A stretch of DNA of 64,000 nucleotides, from contig CM068749.1 of assembly GCA_035084275.1 (NCBI GenBank), positions 16,864,001 to 16,928,000 of the forward strand, read 5' to 3'. The notes below the pieces were generated by a model. The model was not told where the DNA came from and made no database searches. It saw only the letters and a program-made list of their open reading frames with translations. Origin of the DNA: Hydrolagus colliei. Taxonomy: Eukaryota. Positions 23,750-36,629 of this stretch are shown here, piece by piece (within the stretch, counting starts at the first letter, position 1; each line of letters opens with the position of its first letter). The translations under genes and the position numbers were made by a program.

Positions 23750-23950
23750 AACAACAAACAATAACAACAACCTGCACTGATATAGCGCCCTCCATGCAGG
23801 ATAGCATCTTAGAGAGCTTAACAGTGGCAGAGCCTGACTCTGAGCTGGTGGGGGGAGAGAGGTGGTCAAAGAGGAGGGTTTTCAGGTGAAACTTAAAAAG
23901 GGGGAGAGAGGGGCCAAGGTAAAGGCATTGAGAGAGAGTGGTCCAGGGTT
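23750..23950 (-). mobile_element. L2 LINE 3' end
   Basis: (CAA)n followed by ATATAGCGCCCTCC tail and purine-rich segment. Confidence 0.6.
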
Positions 23951-24554
23951 TAAAGCAATACAGATTAAAGCAATGTACAGTATTTAAATTTGCATAATTT
24001 GTAGGGTATTTTGCAGGAGTGAAGTTATTAAGGATTTTCCTAAGTTCATTAAGTTTATGACCGGTTAGAATTCAGCCCAACAACCACAAATTACATTTGT
24101 ATAGCGTCTTTCATATCAGGTAACATATTTACATACTCTATAACAATTGGAACCTGTAGAAAAATGCCCCATTCATTCAAATTTTATTGAATCTTACTGC
24201 AGACAGCATTACCATACATATAGAATTAAAAAGTATGATTAAAATATGTGGCACTGTCAGCAGTTCCTGTCATATGTAGATAACAAAAACAAATACTGTG
24301 ACAGTCGTTGAATAATTTCTCAGAATAATTAGATCACTGTTCTTGTATGGAGTATCAACTTCTAGAACAATTTTGGAAAGATTTGTGTTGTACATAAATT
24401 TTAGCAGCTCTTAGTTGTTCTAGATTGTCAAACCATTTCAGAGGAAATAAATACTAAAAGATGTTCAATGATTATTGCACGCGTTGATAATTTGATAATC
24501 AAGATAACATTTGTAGTTAACAATTAATTCTGGGTGCTTTCTGTTCGTTATCAG

Positions 24555-24679
24555 GAATAATTGCCGTCTCTATAGTGGAGAATATTTCCATGGAAGACAA
24601 GATGAATTCAAACATTAAACCATTTGCGAATGCTTCGTATATTCTTTTCTGGAATTTTAATGATCCCATACACCCTCAG
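24555..24679 (+). CDS. DNAI3: DNAI3 coding exon 9
   Basis: 125 nt; GIIAVSIVENISMEDK...ILFWNFNDPIHPQ. Confidence 0.95.
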
Positions 24680-24976
24680 GTATACAGAAATCCTTTGCAT
24701 ATTACAGGTGAAATAACTCCTTCACGATTTAACAAAAAATTATGTTTGTTCATTATATTATGTGATTTCTCAGATGAAGCACTAGATGGTGCTCAGCACA
24801 GTGGCTAATGGAATGCAGCTTTAAAGTGATCACAGCCATCCAAGCAGAAATGAGTTAGAAATGATTCCATGTTGATGCTTTAAAATAAATCACAAAATTT
24901 ATCAACTAATCAGTCTGGCATACGATTCCTCGAATTTGGGAGTCGTGGTAATTGTGTGTTCTCTTGTACATTTCAG

Positions 24977-25066
24977 GTAATTCTGGAGTGTCCGGAAGAC
25001 ATAAACAGTTTTCAGTTTTGTCCGACTGATCCAAATGTCATTGCTGGAGGCTGTAAAAATGGGCAG
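24977..25066 (+). CDS. DNAI3: DNAI3 coding exon 10
   Basis: 90 nt; VILECPEDINSFQFCPTDPNVIAGGCKNGQ (WD40). Confidence 0.95.
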
Positions 25067-25201
25067 GTACTTGTGTACTTTTTAGTCAGCTGTTAAATCC
25101 AACAACAGGCCTATATTTATTCTCAGATTGTAATTAAGGAAAATTGCTAATTTATTTATTTTAAAACTAATTTAGTGCAGAAATTAATGTTTCTAATTAA
25201 T

Positions 25202-25300
25202 TTTCGCCCACAAAATACACAGTCACAACACTCTACAATATATTATGTGAAGTGCTTGGATATGTCTCGAAGATACTGATAAATTGCAGTATCAAATACA
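25202..25300 (+). mobile_element. Diverged SINE 3' fragment
   Basis: tttcgcccacaaaatacacagtc...atcaaatacaaagattatta. Confidence 0.65.
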
Positions 25301-25433
25301 AAGATTATTATTTACTATTATTCCATTAAATGTTTTGTGACCATTAGTAAATGCTTTATACAGTGCAATGTAAATATGCAAATGGTTTCATTATATCTGC
25401 TGTGTGATCACACTGGGTTTTTTTTATCTCTAG

Positions 25434-25520
25434 GTGGTGCTGTGGGACATCTCTGCATTTCAGGACAAGTTACTCAATAACAAAGCTGGAGGGAAGACCG
25501 ATGTCAAAGCTAACTTATTG
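25434..25520 (+). CDS. DNAI3: DNAI3 coding exon 11
   Basis: 87 nt; VVLWDISAFQDKLLNNKAGGKTDVKANLL. Confidence 0.93.
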
Positions 25521-27343
25521 GTGAGTGTCTGAGAGGCCTCAGGATTAATTCAATAGAGGGTCAAATGGTGGAGAACTTTTCACAGTAAGGCACAGATGGA
25601 CAGCAGATGTTCTAGATTAAAACCAATTTAACGCGCAGCTCAGCAGATGTGAATTTCAACCGAGAGATACTTCCAGAACATGTTTAGATAACGCGTGAAT
25701 AAATGCCTCTCCAGAACTTTGTCACACAATCAAATCAATCTGCTGCACTGAAAATAATGAATGCGCTGTCACTAAAGTGGCTTGCAATCCTGGGAAATAG
25801 GACACAGATTACTGACAGTGTTTACGATGGACAGGGGTTAATGCCCTGGGTTGTTTAAAGCAAATTTTTTTTTCCAGATCTGTCAATTGTAAAATATTCA
25901 AACATTATACAAGTTCCCCTCTAAAAGTTTACGCTTTAGATCAACCAGTGCTGCCAGACTTTCCATAGGCATGATCATCTTCAAAATCAGTGAGTTCAGT
26001 CAGAGGGCTCGTCGGTTATCCCTCCACGACATTATGAGAACGTTAGCACCATGATAGTATTTGTGCTTAATTAACCCACGTAATTGGAGGAACATTTGTG
26101 TGAAAACAGAATTGGGCACGCTTGAGAGATCCCACTGTGATCGCCTACCATCATAAACCGTCCGTTTACCTGGATGAGGAGTACCTCAGCAGTGAATCCA
26201 GCTACACTCGTGGAAACATATTCTGGGAGACAAAAAGTAGTCAAACTCCTTTTAGGAGAGGATGCTGAGGGAAGGGGGAGAAAAACCCGTGTAACCATTA
26301 ATATTCCTTGATGAGGATTCTTTTCAAAAGATTTTGAGAACAAACACTTTTCCATTTCATTAAAAAAATTGAAGCATTCCACACCAAACGTTAATATTAT
26401 TTTATTGTAAACGGTTAATCTGTCAAGGGTTTGAGCTGTACAACAATTGATGTGGTTTGTACTTCTCACAACTGACATCTCAGCACAGGTGTTAACTCCC
26501 AGGTGTTCTGCCTGAAGGTAGGGTTTAGGTTTCCTCTTCATCCCCCAATCTAATGAAGTAACTTGCTAGATAGAGTAAATGTGATACTTTATGCCACCCA
26601 GAGAATTCACTTCATTTGTAGTTCAGCTGTGCTGTATTTTTTCCTTGGGTTGAGACTAATATTTGCGGAAACATTTTTAAAAAGATTCCAAATAGCGAAA
26701 CAAAATATAAATTCCAGAGAATCGGATTCTATTTTTTTTAAAAACTACTTCTTCAAGTGTCAACAAGTTTGGTTATATGACGGCACACTGATTGAACACT
26801 TGACTCTCTGAGCGGCAAAGCTGAAATGGTTAAAGCTTTTCACAAAGCAAATGGGGTGCTACAGTAGCTTTGTGGCCTTTGGTAAATTTAGTGCATTGTA
26901 TTACCAGTGCCTTACAATCCTCATGAAACTATTGAAAAGTAACTGTGGAGCACGGTATTTGGCTGTGTCTGGCAGTTGAGGAGGCTGCTACACACACTAG
27001 TGTCGGTTTTGCATTACTGCAGGTTTGTAAGTATGTACTGTACTGTATTCAGAGCAAGTTCATTACCAAAAGATACCGACCCTCTGCGAGGACATTTTAA
27101 ACTTAATACTCAGTTTTCAACATTGAAATAGAGAACAGCAACTAAGTGGATCTCCTGGGTTTCAAACCTCAAACTCCTCCCGGTCATAAATCTGAGGCCC
27201 AAGCACTTAAGCTGCCCGCAGGATGTTGCAGCTAATCATACCTGTTGCCAAGACAACCTTCAAAGCCAACACCATTGCAAAAGTTGTACCAACTATTGTT
27301 AAACATCTGAACAACTAATATTTTGTATTTATTTCACTTGCAG

Positions 27344-27466
27344 CCTGATCTTGACATGGCACAGATGGAGGAGTTGCCCATTGTTCGATACTGCGCTGTG
27401 TCAGCAATAGAACATAGCCACAATTTAGCCATTACTGACATATGTTGGCTCCCAGATCATTTTGAG
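27344..27466 (+). CDS. DNAI3: DNAI3 coding exon 12
   Basis: 123 nt; PDLDMAQMEELPIVRYCAVSAIEHSHNLAITDICWLPDHFE. Confidence 0.93.
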
Positions 27467-27794
27467 GTAAGGGGATGTTTTTGTTGTTGCAATTTTCATT
27501 TGGTTTCTCCCTTCCTCCTCTCCCAAAGGCTTCTCTGGGCTGCAGTTCTGATTCCTTGCCCAAGTGTTCATTTTTCTATACAGTGCTTGTTGGAACGCTT
27601 CACAGATGAGTCCAATTCTGGTCTCACTTGATATCCACACAGATAATGAAAGCCACTGGATGGTAATCAGGAGCAGATGCTTGGCTACATTGTTCTTCCC
27701 AAAGCCAGGGATGCTGAAGTTATTTGGAGTACTCCAATTACCACCATAGCAGAGATCAACTAACTTACCACAGATTACAATAATGATAATATTA

Positions 27795-27905
27795 TTTCGC
27801 CCAACAAAATGTACAGTCAATTCACTTCAGACTATATTCTGTGAAGCACTTTGAGACATCACAAATATGCAATAAGGTGTTATATCAAATAAAAGGAATA
27901 TTATT
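27795..27905 (+). mobile_element. SINE 3' fragment
   Basis: Family core and tail. Confidence 0.7.
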
Positions 27906-28314
27906 GTTAGTAATAATTTAATGCCTTTCGCGTTGAAGCACATCTCAAACCGCTTCACAACAATAACAACAAAATTACATTTGTAGAGCGCCTTTCATGG
28001 TTGTCATGCCTTGAAGGAAGCAAAGGAGAGAGCAAGGCGAAGGCATGATGCACAAAATGCACTGGAAAGTGTAGAAGCTGTGTAATTTTATGGGGGAAAA
28101 AAAACACAATTCTTGACTTTCTTTACTCTATGGCTTTAATGCTTTGTGTTTTATTCACTTGACTCTCAGAGGAGCTAATTTGCAGTTCAGTTACAAGACA
28201 ACCCATTTGTAGCATGTTTTGTGGGGTCCATTCATTCAGACGCATAATTTGGGTCACAAAGTTGGAGATGGACTGATAAAGGCCATAAAATGAACACCTT
28301 TTCTTTCTCTCTAG

Positions 28315-28388
28315 GTGACAAGGCTTGGTACTCCTTCTGAGAGTAAGGATGGCATTTGTGTTCAACTCATCACGTGCTCTCCTGATTG
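28315..28388 (+). CDS. DNAI3: DNAI3 coding exon 13
   Basis: 74 nt; VTRLGTPSESKDGICVQLITCSPDC. Confidence 0.93.
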
Positions 28389-28560
28389 GTAATTTGTAGT
28401 TTTACATATAACATACTCCTCCTGGCACTTTGCATCTTTTTTTTGGAAGGTTGAATATTTTATGCTTTTGTTTACCAAAATAGTTTGAACCCATTTCACC
28501 TCAATCATAATTCACTGCCAATCACAGCCTTGTTTTAGAAATACCTATCTATTTCCACAG

Positions 28561-28711
28561 CAATGTGTTATTTTGGGATGTTCGACACCCAAAAGTCTTA
28601 GCACGATCAATGCTGGACAAAAGGAAAGGAGATGAAAAGGAGCTGGAAAATCCTGATGGAATACCTGATACGTTTAAGCACCTAGATCTCTGCTGGTCCC
28701 CTCTACTTTCG
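28561..28711 (+). CDS. DNAI3: DNAI3 coding exon 14
   Basis: 151 nt; NVLFWDVRHPK...PDTFKHLDLCWSPLLS. Confidence 0.93.
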
Positions 28712-29490
28712 GTATTGTAAATATATTATGTGTGTATGTATATATATATATATTATAAATATATATACACACACTCTTAAATAACATCCTTTCATTTGCA
28801 ATTATATTTAGAGTATTTACTATTATTCTCTTATGAAATTGGTCCTGGATGTTGTTGGAAGCAAGCATTGTACTGGCATAATAAATAAGACAACAGGATG
28901 ATGTTTGAGTTTAATCGATGCCACATTTTCAAATGATTTAACTGCATTTAAAGTGAATACTTTCACTTTAAGTATTTAAGTCTGAGATATCTTGGATACA
29001 TGAATCATGTTGGGATATTCACACAGCAGCAGCCTTGTGTCTGGCAAGAGCAGGAAGATGTGTCTCAAGTAAAAGAGATCTTGCATTGCTTCATTCACAG
29101 TCTGGTCAATGACTGAAATCTTAGAATGTCCCTTTCATGTTGGAGAGGATGATTCTCTGCCTGCAAATTACTCTTCAAGTCAATTGGGCTGTAGGCCCTC
29201 AGGCTGTAAGAAGGCTCTCCTGCAGTTTGTCAAATACTGTATTATTAATAGAATAATTTTTTTATGTGTGAGACACTGTCATTTGTTGATAGTGATATGC
29301 AAAGCTAGATAAATAAAGAGGGTATCGCTTTGATTTTCTCCAAATATTACGAACAAGAAGAAATCTTGCATTGGTGAGAAGAGAGCAAACACACTCTTCG
29401 CAAAGTTGTTCATATATCCAATTCAGCAAGCTGCCAAAAACTATTTTACTGTATAGTATATCTGACTAGCAATTTCCCCTCTATCAACAG

Positions 29491-29578
29491 ATGACATTAC
29501 CTAAGATTGCAAGCAATGGGGAATACAGTCCTTTGAAAATCAGCATTGGTGAGAAATTCGTGGTAAAGGCCCAGCCTG
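29491..29578 (+). CDS. DNAI3: DNAI3 coding exon 15
   Basis: 88 nt; MTLPKIASNGEYSPLKISIGEKFVVKAQP. Confidence 0.88.
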
Positions 29579-30894
29579 GTAATCTTACATTTGGTACCAT
29601 TTTTATTACAATAGTTTCAAAAGGTGTAGGAACTGGACATCTATCTATGTGACACTTCTGGTTGCTTCCTTGAGCAAATAAATAAATACCTAATTTTTTT
29701 CAATTTATCAATTTTCAATTTTTCAAATCTAACTATACATATAAATATAAATCACTTAATTTACATCATTGAAAGCTGAGGCTGCTCTAATGAACAGTGC
29801 TGGATTTTTTTTAAAAAAAAGACTGCAAATCAGCTTCTGCAGCTGGACATTGGAAACTGCAAACAAATCCAATTTTTGGAATCATTCTCCAAAATACTCA
29901 AACAATTAAATAACATGCACAATAGACAATTCTATTTAGAGATGAAGGCTGGGAGAATTTCCTGTAATGCTACAAAGGTTCATTCAATGTTAAATTTGCA
30001 CAATTTTAAGTTTTAACTTTATCTCAGCTATTCTGATGTAGTCCAGTACATGCATTTAATTTATTTACAGTGCACCATGCTTGTTCAGTTCAACATAATC
30101 CCAAACTAAAAGTTGGGATGAATGACTAAACCATAATTTCCAGACTAAATGGCTCTAATACTTTTTTGGGTACTTTTTCTAAAATTAAAAATTTAATCCA
30201 GAATTTTAGGTACCGTAATTTGAAACCTGAACTTTTCAAAATGACCTAAGTCAATAATCAGAATTCCTATGCTTTGTAGAGTAGTATTTTTGAACATTTA
30301 TGCTAAATAAAACAGTTAAACTACAAAGTTATTAGAGATAAAACTAATTAATTCTGCCGCAATCATAAATAGTGAATAAACAATAGCTTCACTTATTCTC
30401 AACAAAAGTGTCTTTATGGTGTACACCACAAGCACTGATTTTTAATGCTGTCATGTGGTGGAAAATCCAACACAGAACAGAGTGTTCTAGCTGCAAGTCA
30501 TCTTTATAATTGTGAATCTAACAGTTTCAGTCCCGAAAAAAACATGCCATAGTGTTTTTTTGAGAATCGCATCCTTTTGCGTGTGCAAGATCGTAACACT
30601 TAAGGATCTAATATATCATTCTTGTTTCAAACAATATTTCATAAACAGAAAAAGCACTGGAAAATGTATTCAACATGATGGCAGTGCTCAAATAAATACA
30701 AGTTCAAGTTCCTGGAATCTTACAACTTTTTTTTAGTTAGATGTGTTGTAAGATCCATTTATAGAACAATTATTCTGATCTTGAGTTTCTATTGAAAATT
30801 TTAACACAAAAATACAACTGCACTCCTGCCAATAAATAAACATCACCTTCTGTACACTTTGCAGAGATTATATGCACTTTTCTTGTCTTCCTAG

Positions 30895-31022
30895 ATAAAC
30901 CAACAACCCATAGTAAAGTGGCCACTGTTCACGTCTTGGAATACTCCAGCCTTCGTGTTCCCTCTATCAGGAACCTGAAAACCCTGGACAATATTAATAC
31001 ATTTTCCTTCGTAGGGACAGAA
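30895..31022 (+). CDS. DNAI3: DNAI3 coding exon 16
   Basis: 128 nt; DKPTTHSKVATVHVLEYSSLRVPSIRNLKTLDNINTFSFVGTE. Confidence 0.9.
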
Positions 31023-31441
31023 GTAAGATTCCTCATATCTCACTCCCAAATTCAGAAATGCCCAAAAGGGAATAAAGCAGCTCAAACCATAACAATATGG
31101 GCTCTTATACTATCTACAACTTTGTCAATGTTCACACTCCCTTTGGTCTGAAATGGCTGCATTTCAAAAACTCCCTAGTACATAGTGGTCCATGGAATGT
31201 TATCTATGAAAAGCAGCTGGTTAACGGAGGCTTAAATGTGGATAGCTTTACAAACTATCTTTAAGGTCTTAGAGATTCTTTATTAGAAAATACCCTTGGA
31301 TGATTTCATAAATGGAGACAGAAGAGATTGTGGAAGAAGTCAATCTGATGAGTGACAAAATATATACTGTACAGTACCTAAGTAGATGTCTAGTAAATCT
31401 GTTTCAAAAACATGCAACTCATTTTGGATCTATTATACTAG

Positions 31442-31505
31442 GATGGAGAAATTGTTTATACAGACTGGCGGGTGGAAAAAGACAATGATACAGGAAAGCT
31501 GATTA
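31442..31505 (+). CDS. DNAI3: DNAI3 coding exon 17
   Basis: 64 nt; DGEIVYTDWRVEKDNDTGKLI. Confidence 0.93.
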
Positions 31506-32050
31506 GTAAGTATGTCTTCTGAATTCTGTGGAAAAAAACTTACCGCAAATTAAATATTGTTGTTAGATGAAATTTTATAATCTTTAGGTCTCTGGGAACT
31601 CCGGCATTGGCTTACGACAAGTGTATTATGGTTTCTCTTGATAAAATGGGGCTCACTTCTGAGGGGTGGGACAGTGGCGGAGTCGGGCAATGTTGCAGTG
31701 GTGAGGGAAGGCAGAATGGGTCATGGCTTGGATGAGGAAAGACAGTTAAAGATCGAACAAGACATCTAGGTTCCTGACTGGTTTGGTGAACATTGTATGC
31801 TTTAAAAATTTTTAAACACCTTTCACTGATCTGAACAAATTTCACGTAAATAATGTTTTATTTTCCAATTTATTAATAGCTGATTAAATACTTTTAGGAC
31901 AGAAAATGATCAAATGTAGAAACATAACTGATCCTATGCGTGTCTTCAAAGAAATTCATAATAAATGTTTAATTTTTTTCAAAAAGAGTTTTAAGAAGCC
32001 AACTTCCTTTCGTAAGTATTTAACAACTTCTTTACTTCTCAATTCCTCAG

Positions 32051-32181
32051 GTCCTTCACCATCTCACTGTTTTTCAATCCATGATGGTCCAGTACAAATT
32101 GTACAAAGATCCCCTTTCTTCAAAGACATTATTCTGTCTGTTGGGGGTTGGACATTTGCCATTTGGAAAGAAGGTGTTTTT
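32051..32181 (+). CDS. DNAI3: DNAI3 coding exon 18
   Basis: 131 nt; PSPSHCFSIHDGPVQIVQRSPFFKDIILSVGGWTFAIWKEGVF. Confidence 0.95.
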
Positions 32182-32429
32182 GTAAGCCATGGTTAATTGT
32201 TTTCTTTTTCTCTTTATTGATTGTTATCTATGGAACAAATGTGATGTCTACACACCCGTTTTCATTTAATTTTGGCAATTTCAACTCCATTGGTTAATGG
32301 AAGCCACAAAATTTTAAAGAATTGGAAAATTTTAAATTTGGTTTGTATAACTTTAATTAAACCTTCCAAGTCTGAAGTTTCCTCCATTCCAAATACTAAT
32401 GGTTTTTTGGTATCTCCTTAATGGTTTCT

Positions 32430-32717
32430 TAAGATGTGAGACCGGTGTTCGAATCCAGGCAGGCCAGGGCAAAACCTTGGGCAAGTTTCCTTAATCCACT
32501 CCAATATTAATCAGTCTGAAAAAAACACAACACTGTAATAAAAATTGGTCATTTCAATCCACCACTCTTTGTGGGGCACTGCTGTGCGCAATTGGCTGCT
32601 GCATTTTGCCCACAAATATACAGTCATTTCACTTTACAGTGTATTCTGTGAAGCGCTTTGAGACGTCGATAAGATGTGAAAAGTGCTATTACCAAATGCA
32701 AGGATTATTATTATTAT
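32430..32717 (+). mobile_element. Near full-length SINE
   Basis: B box GTTCGAATCC, family core and tail. Confidence 0.88.
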
Positions 32718-32917
32718 ATCTTGAGGCAGATTTCCCAAATAAACATTCCGGTTTTTGACTGAAATATGGTTGAAACAGAAGAGGAACTTTAAACATACCG
32801 AGAATTCACAAACCTGACAACTACAAGGATTAATACATAGATAACACTGGAATCTGCAATTGAAGATTGCGATCAATATTATTGTTATGGTGATGCATTT
32901 TGTACCTATTGTTTCAG

Positions 32918-33122
32918 ATTGGTCCACTTTTCCATTCAGGGTGCTCTCTTAAACGGTGTACTACTGGCCACTGGTCCATCTCGAGACCTGGGGTTTTCCT
33001 GATTGGAAAAGAGAACGGGAACATTGAGGTTTGGGATCTCCTGGAAAAGACACACGAACCCTCACAGATACAGAATATCTCCTCGGCTCCGATAACTTGC
33101 ATCAAACCCTGGATTTTCTCAC
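32918..33122 (+). CDS. DNAI3: DNAI3 coding exon 19
   Basis: 205 nt; IGPLFHSGC...HWSISRPGVFLIGKENGNIEVWDLLEKTHEP...IKPWIFS. Confidence 0.96.
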
Positions 33123-33701
33123 GTATGTATCACTACTGGCAAAAACAATCGGCTCCGAATCTGAAGTGGTATGAACTTTGGATCACTTTTGAATGATTTT
33201 GAAAGCTCTACTCTTGCATTGAATTGCTGGTTAGATTAACACCGTAAGAATGGAGATTTTATTTTACAACAACAAACAAAAGAACAAAAATTACACTTGT
33301 ATAGCGCCTTTCACGTCAGGAGGACGTCCCAAGGCGCTTTACCATAAGGATCAGGGAGAAATGTCACGTTTCCTTGACTTATCACTTAATGGCTATTTAC
33401 CAGTCTCACGAGAGTCAGGAAGAAACCATAAAAGTTCAGACCATACAGTACTTTTAGACGTTGTGTACCTTTTCATAATCCTGCCGAGATAGCAAACTCC
33501 TCTGGCTTCCTGAACTGATACTCTAAAGCATATCTACAGCGTATAACAAGCTTAATTGTAGTAACAATAGGAAAATTTGGGGGGACATGTTACACTATTT
33601 GGGTTTCCCACAGATAGACTAACCCGCTCCTAACCCAGTTCTACATTAACCACAGAGTTTATGACCTGTCACTGTGCTCAGTTTTATCTTTGTTTTATCA
33701 G

Positions 33702-33793
33702 CAAAGCAACAGTTTCTGGCGATATCAGATGGTGCAGGTACATTGCTCATTCTCGAGGTGCCCTGGGCTATACGCCATACAACAACTCATGAA
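33702..33793 (+). CDS. DNAI3: DNAI3 coding exon 20
   Basis: 92 nt; KQQFLAISDGAGTLLILEVPWAIRHTTTHE. Confidence 0.95.
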
Positions 33794-33989
33794 GTGAGTA
33801 GCGATACTATTTTGTTTCTATACTTCCATACTGTTCAAAGGACAGGATCCTATAAATCATCTTTCAGAACAGAAAACTCCTCTCTGAACCACTTTGATGT
33901 CCATCTGAATTAATTATTTCTAATGTTTAGGAAGTCTCTCTGCGCAATTTGTAAATGAGTTTCCATATGTTCAATCAAAAATATTGCTG

Positions 33990-34192
33990 CTATGAAGTAA
34001 ATTGATTGTATATTTTTGCAGTCAATTGCACACAGCAGTGTCCCACAAATAGTCGTGGATTGAGTGACCAAACTATTATTGTTTTTTTTTCTGGAGGTAT
34101 TATTATCAGGCATGTGGAGTAAGAAAACACGCCCACAGTTGCCCCCTGGCGGGAATAGAACCCAGGTCTCCTGCTTGCGAGGCCAGTACTCA
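33990..34192 (-). mobile_element. SINE head and core fragment
   Basis: Family core plus B-box region on the reverse strand. Confidence 0.85.
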
Positions 34193-34227
34193 CAAATAAT
34201 AAAAAAATTTGCACAAAATCATAGAGC

Positions 34228-34360
34228 ACCCCCTCTCTTGCCTCCTTCAAGAGACATCTCAAGACTCTCCTCTTCAACCGCACCTTCAGGCACTTTCTTA
34301 CCCTCCCTGCCCTGCACCCCCCACCACCCCTGATCTCAACCCCCTGCTTGGTCGGGTCCC
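34228..34360 (+). mobile_element. L2 3' fragment
   Basis: ctctcttgcctccttcaagagacatctcaagactctcctcttcaaccgcaccttc, an L2 ORF2 end. Confidence 0.65.
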
Positions 34361-34672
34361 AATCTCTGACTATTTTAACACCTTGGCACATCCACTCAGC
34401 ATGAAAGACAATCTACAAATGTACAATCCCTGCTGGCTGTAGAGGTGCAAAATACATTTGGGTAGTCGCAAGTCAGGGTATCCCTCAACTAAAAAGTGGC
34501 ATTTCCACTTTGCTATATGGCATTTTCCTACTCCCTAAACTTCGTAAATATACTTACTTTGATGAGTACAATCCTAACCCATTGCAGCATTTTTCTTTTA
34601 CTCAACATAAAACAAGTAACCGATTGAAATCCTCTAACACTGTGTTACATTCGTGTGTTTTGTTTCCTCCAG

Positions 34673-34786
34673 AGATTTAACATTCTAAATTATTTTGAGA
34701 GAGAAGTGAAACGCTTGGAATATTTTGCTGCGAGAAAAAAAGAAAGATCGAAGGAGTCATCAGAAGAAGCAGAGACAAGGGGATAT
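34673..34786 (+). CDS. DNAI3: DNAI3 coding exon 21
   Basis: 114 nt; RFNILNYFEREVKRLEYFAARKKERSKESSEEAETRGY. Confidence 0.88.
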
Positions 34787-35305
34787 GTAAATGAAATCAT
34801 GCCTATTGGGAATTTCAAACATTTATACCATTCTTGCACAACATTATCCAAATGCGTATCTACAAAGGTCATACAATCCAGCCAGCATTTATATATACTG
34901 GTGTCACTGGGCTTCAGATTGAAGTACATGCAGTACTGTACACTACTCTGGGTGATTCAGAGTCCAGTCAACAGAGATTTAGTATTTTTATCTTGTTCGA
35001 CTAATGGTACCCCAAACTGCACATTGTTTCAGAGTACAGTGTGTGAAGTGGCTTCTGTTAGTATAACAAAAGTCTACACTGAGAGTTGAAGTCTGCAGAG
35101 TACAGTAGTGATTTCATTACATCCTGAAGGCAGTGTCCACACATTTCAAACAGTTATGCGGGCATTGCAGTTTCAACATATTTGTGGATATTACATCAAA
35201 ACCAGTCAAATTAATCATCTGTGTTCACATTCCATTAACTTCAGCACGGCACAGAATATAGTATGCTTCTACAGCGATTGGAAAATCATTTCATATGATT
35301 CTCCA

Positions 35306-35405
35306 GCAAACAAATATAGTCATTGAACTTTACAGTATGTTCTGTGAAGCACTTTGAGACGTTTAGAAGACATGAAAAGCACCATATCAAATGCAAGTAG
35401 TATAA
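35306..35405 (+). mobile_element. SINE 3' fragment
   Basis: Family tail. Confidence 0.75.
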
Positions 35406-35519
35406 TATATACTACTATATACAATATATATATACACCTGTAGATACATCAAATGCAACAATTAACAATCAACTAGTCACTTACAGAAACATTTTACATA
35501 ATATAATTTTTTTTTGCAG

Positions 35520-35651
35520 CAACGAGGCACAGAGAAGCCGGAAGAACTGAAAGAACTTAAAAAGGCATATGATGCTTATTTGAAGTTGGAGAAACAAGTA
35601 CTTATGGAACTCAAATATTCAAAAACAGTGGATATATTAACAGAAATGTAA
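35520..35651 (+). CDS. DNAI3: DNAI3 coding exon 22 (terminal)
   Basis: QRGTEKPEELKELKKAYDAYLKLEKQVLMELKYSKTVDILTEM*; ATTAAA signal at 35756. Confidence 0.88.
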   Translation, partial: QRGTEKPEELKELKKAYDAYLKLEKQVLMELKYSKTVDILTEM

Positions 35652-36417
35652 CAGTTAACTACCAATTTTAATTGACAGTTGAAATATGGTTACACAAATT
35701 GATTATTTACTTAAGGTTTACTTAAAATGTTTAAAGTCCTTTATTTGAAACACAGATTAAAAGCATGTCGGAAATGCAATCCAACATTATTGCGTGAAAA
35801 ATAGGTCTGAATATTTACTGTATTAATATCAATAGACATTTTTCATAGATTTGAATTCTGGTATTAATTTTCCAAATTTAACGGTACACTATTCATTAAG
35901 AGAATAAGCAATAATATTTTCTAGTTTTCTGTACAAACAATTTTTTTTTTTAAACTGCAATACAGAATGATGCTTGTGCTGCAAAAATCATTAATAGCAA
36001 TACTCAGTCATGCTTGCACCTCCTAATATTACCGGTTCATTTAAGCCACATTTGAGCTGTATGTGGAGCAAACCCTTTGAAGGTATGAGGTTGAGAAGGT
36101 CAATGACCTATAATCTTTATTGCGGAATACTAATGAAACAAAGAACACCTCGAGCCAAAAACCTTAGGCTGTAACCATGAATAAAAAAGCAGGAAGCTGC
36201 AAGACATAATAAAACTAAAGTTGCTAACATTATATTCCATGCTAGATCTTTGAAACTACAATGCAGTTCAAATAAAAAGTGGGAGTCTGAATCTACAAAC
36301 TACATGAAAGGGGTTATATTGTTTACTTTTAAACAGCTGTGCATTTTTGTTTCAACTCATGTGAAACAATTGACAATAAATTCAGATAATATAAATTTGT
36401 TGTTATAGAACTTGATA

Positions 36418-36629
36418 CAGCAAAAGCCTGTTTATCCAGCACCCTCGGGACCTGGCCAATGCCGGTTAAAGTGCATGCTGGATATTCAGCCGAAAACGCC
36501 CCCAATAAAAAAATAATGCATTTTTCTAACGTATTTTTCCAATAAGTTCTGAATGCGGACCTTTTTTTTGCAATGCCGGTTACATGGAAGTTTTGGTGGA
36601 TTGGGTGCTGGATAAACAGGCTTTTACTG
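36418..36629. mobile_element. Non-autonomous Tc1/mariner (pogo/Tigger-like) MITE, 212 bp
   Basis: TIRs CAGCAAAAGCCTGTTTATCCAGCACCC / GGGTGCTGGATAAACAGGCTTTTACTG, flanked by TA on both sides. Confidence 0.9.

Noticed and set aside
26071-26541. 156-aa antisense ORF in a DNAI3 intron
   Set aside because: No recognisable domain or exon structure; cannot be supported without a search
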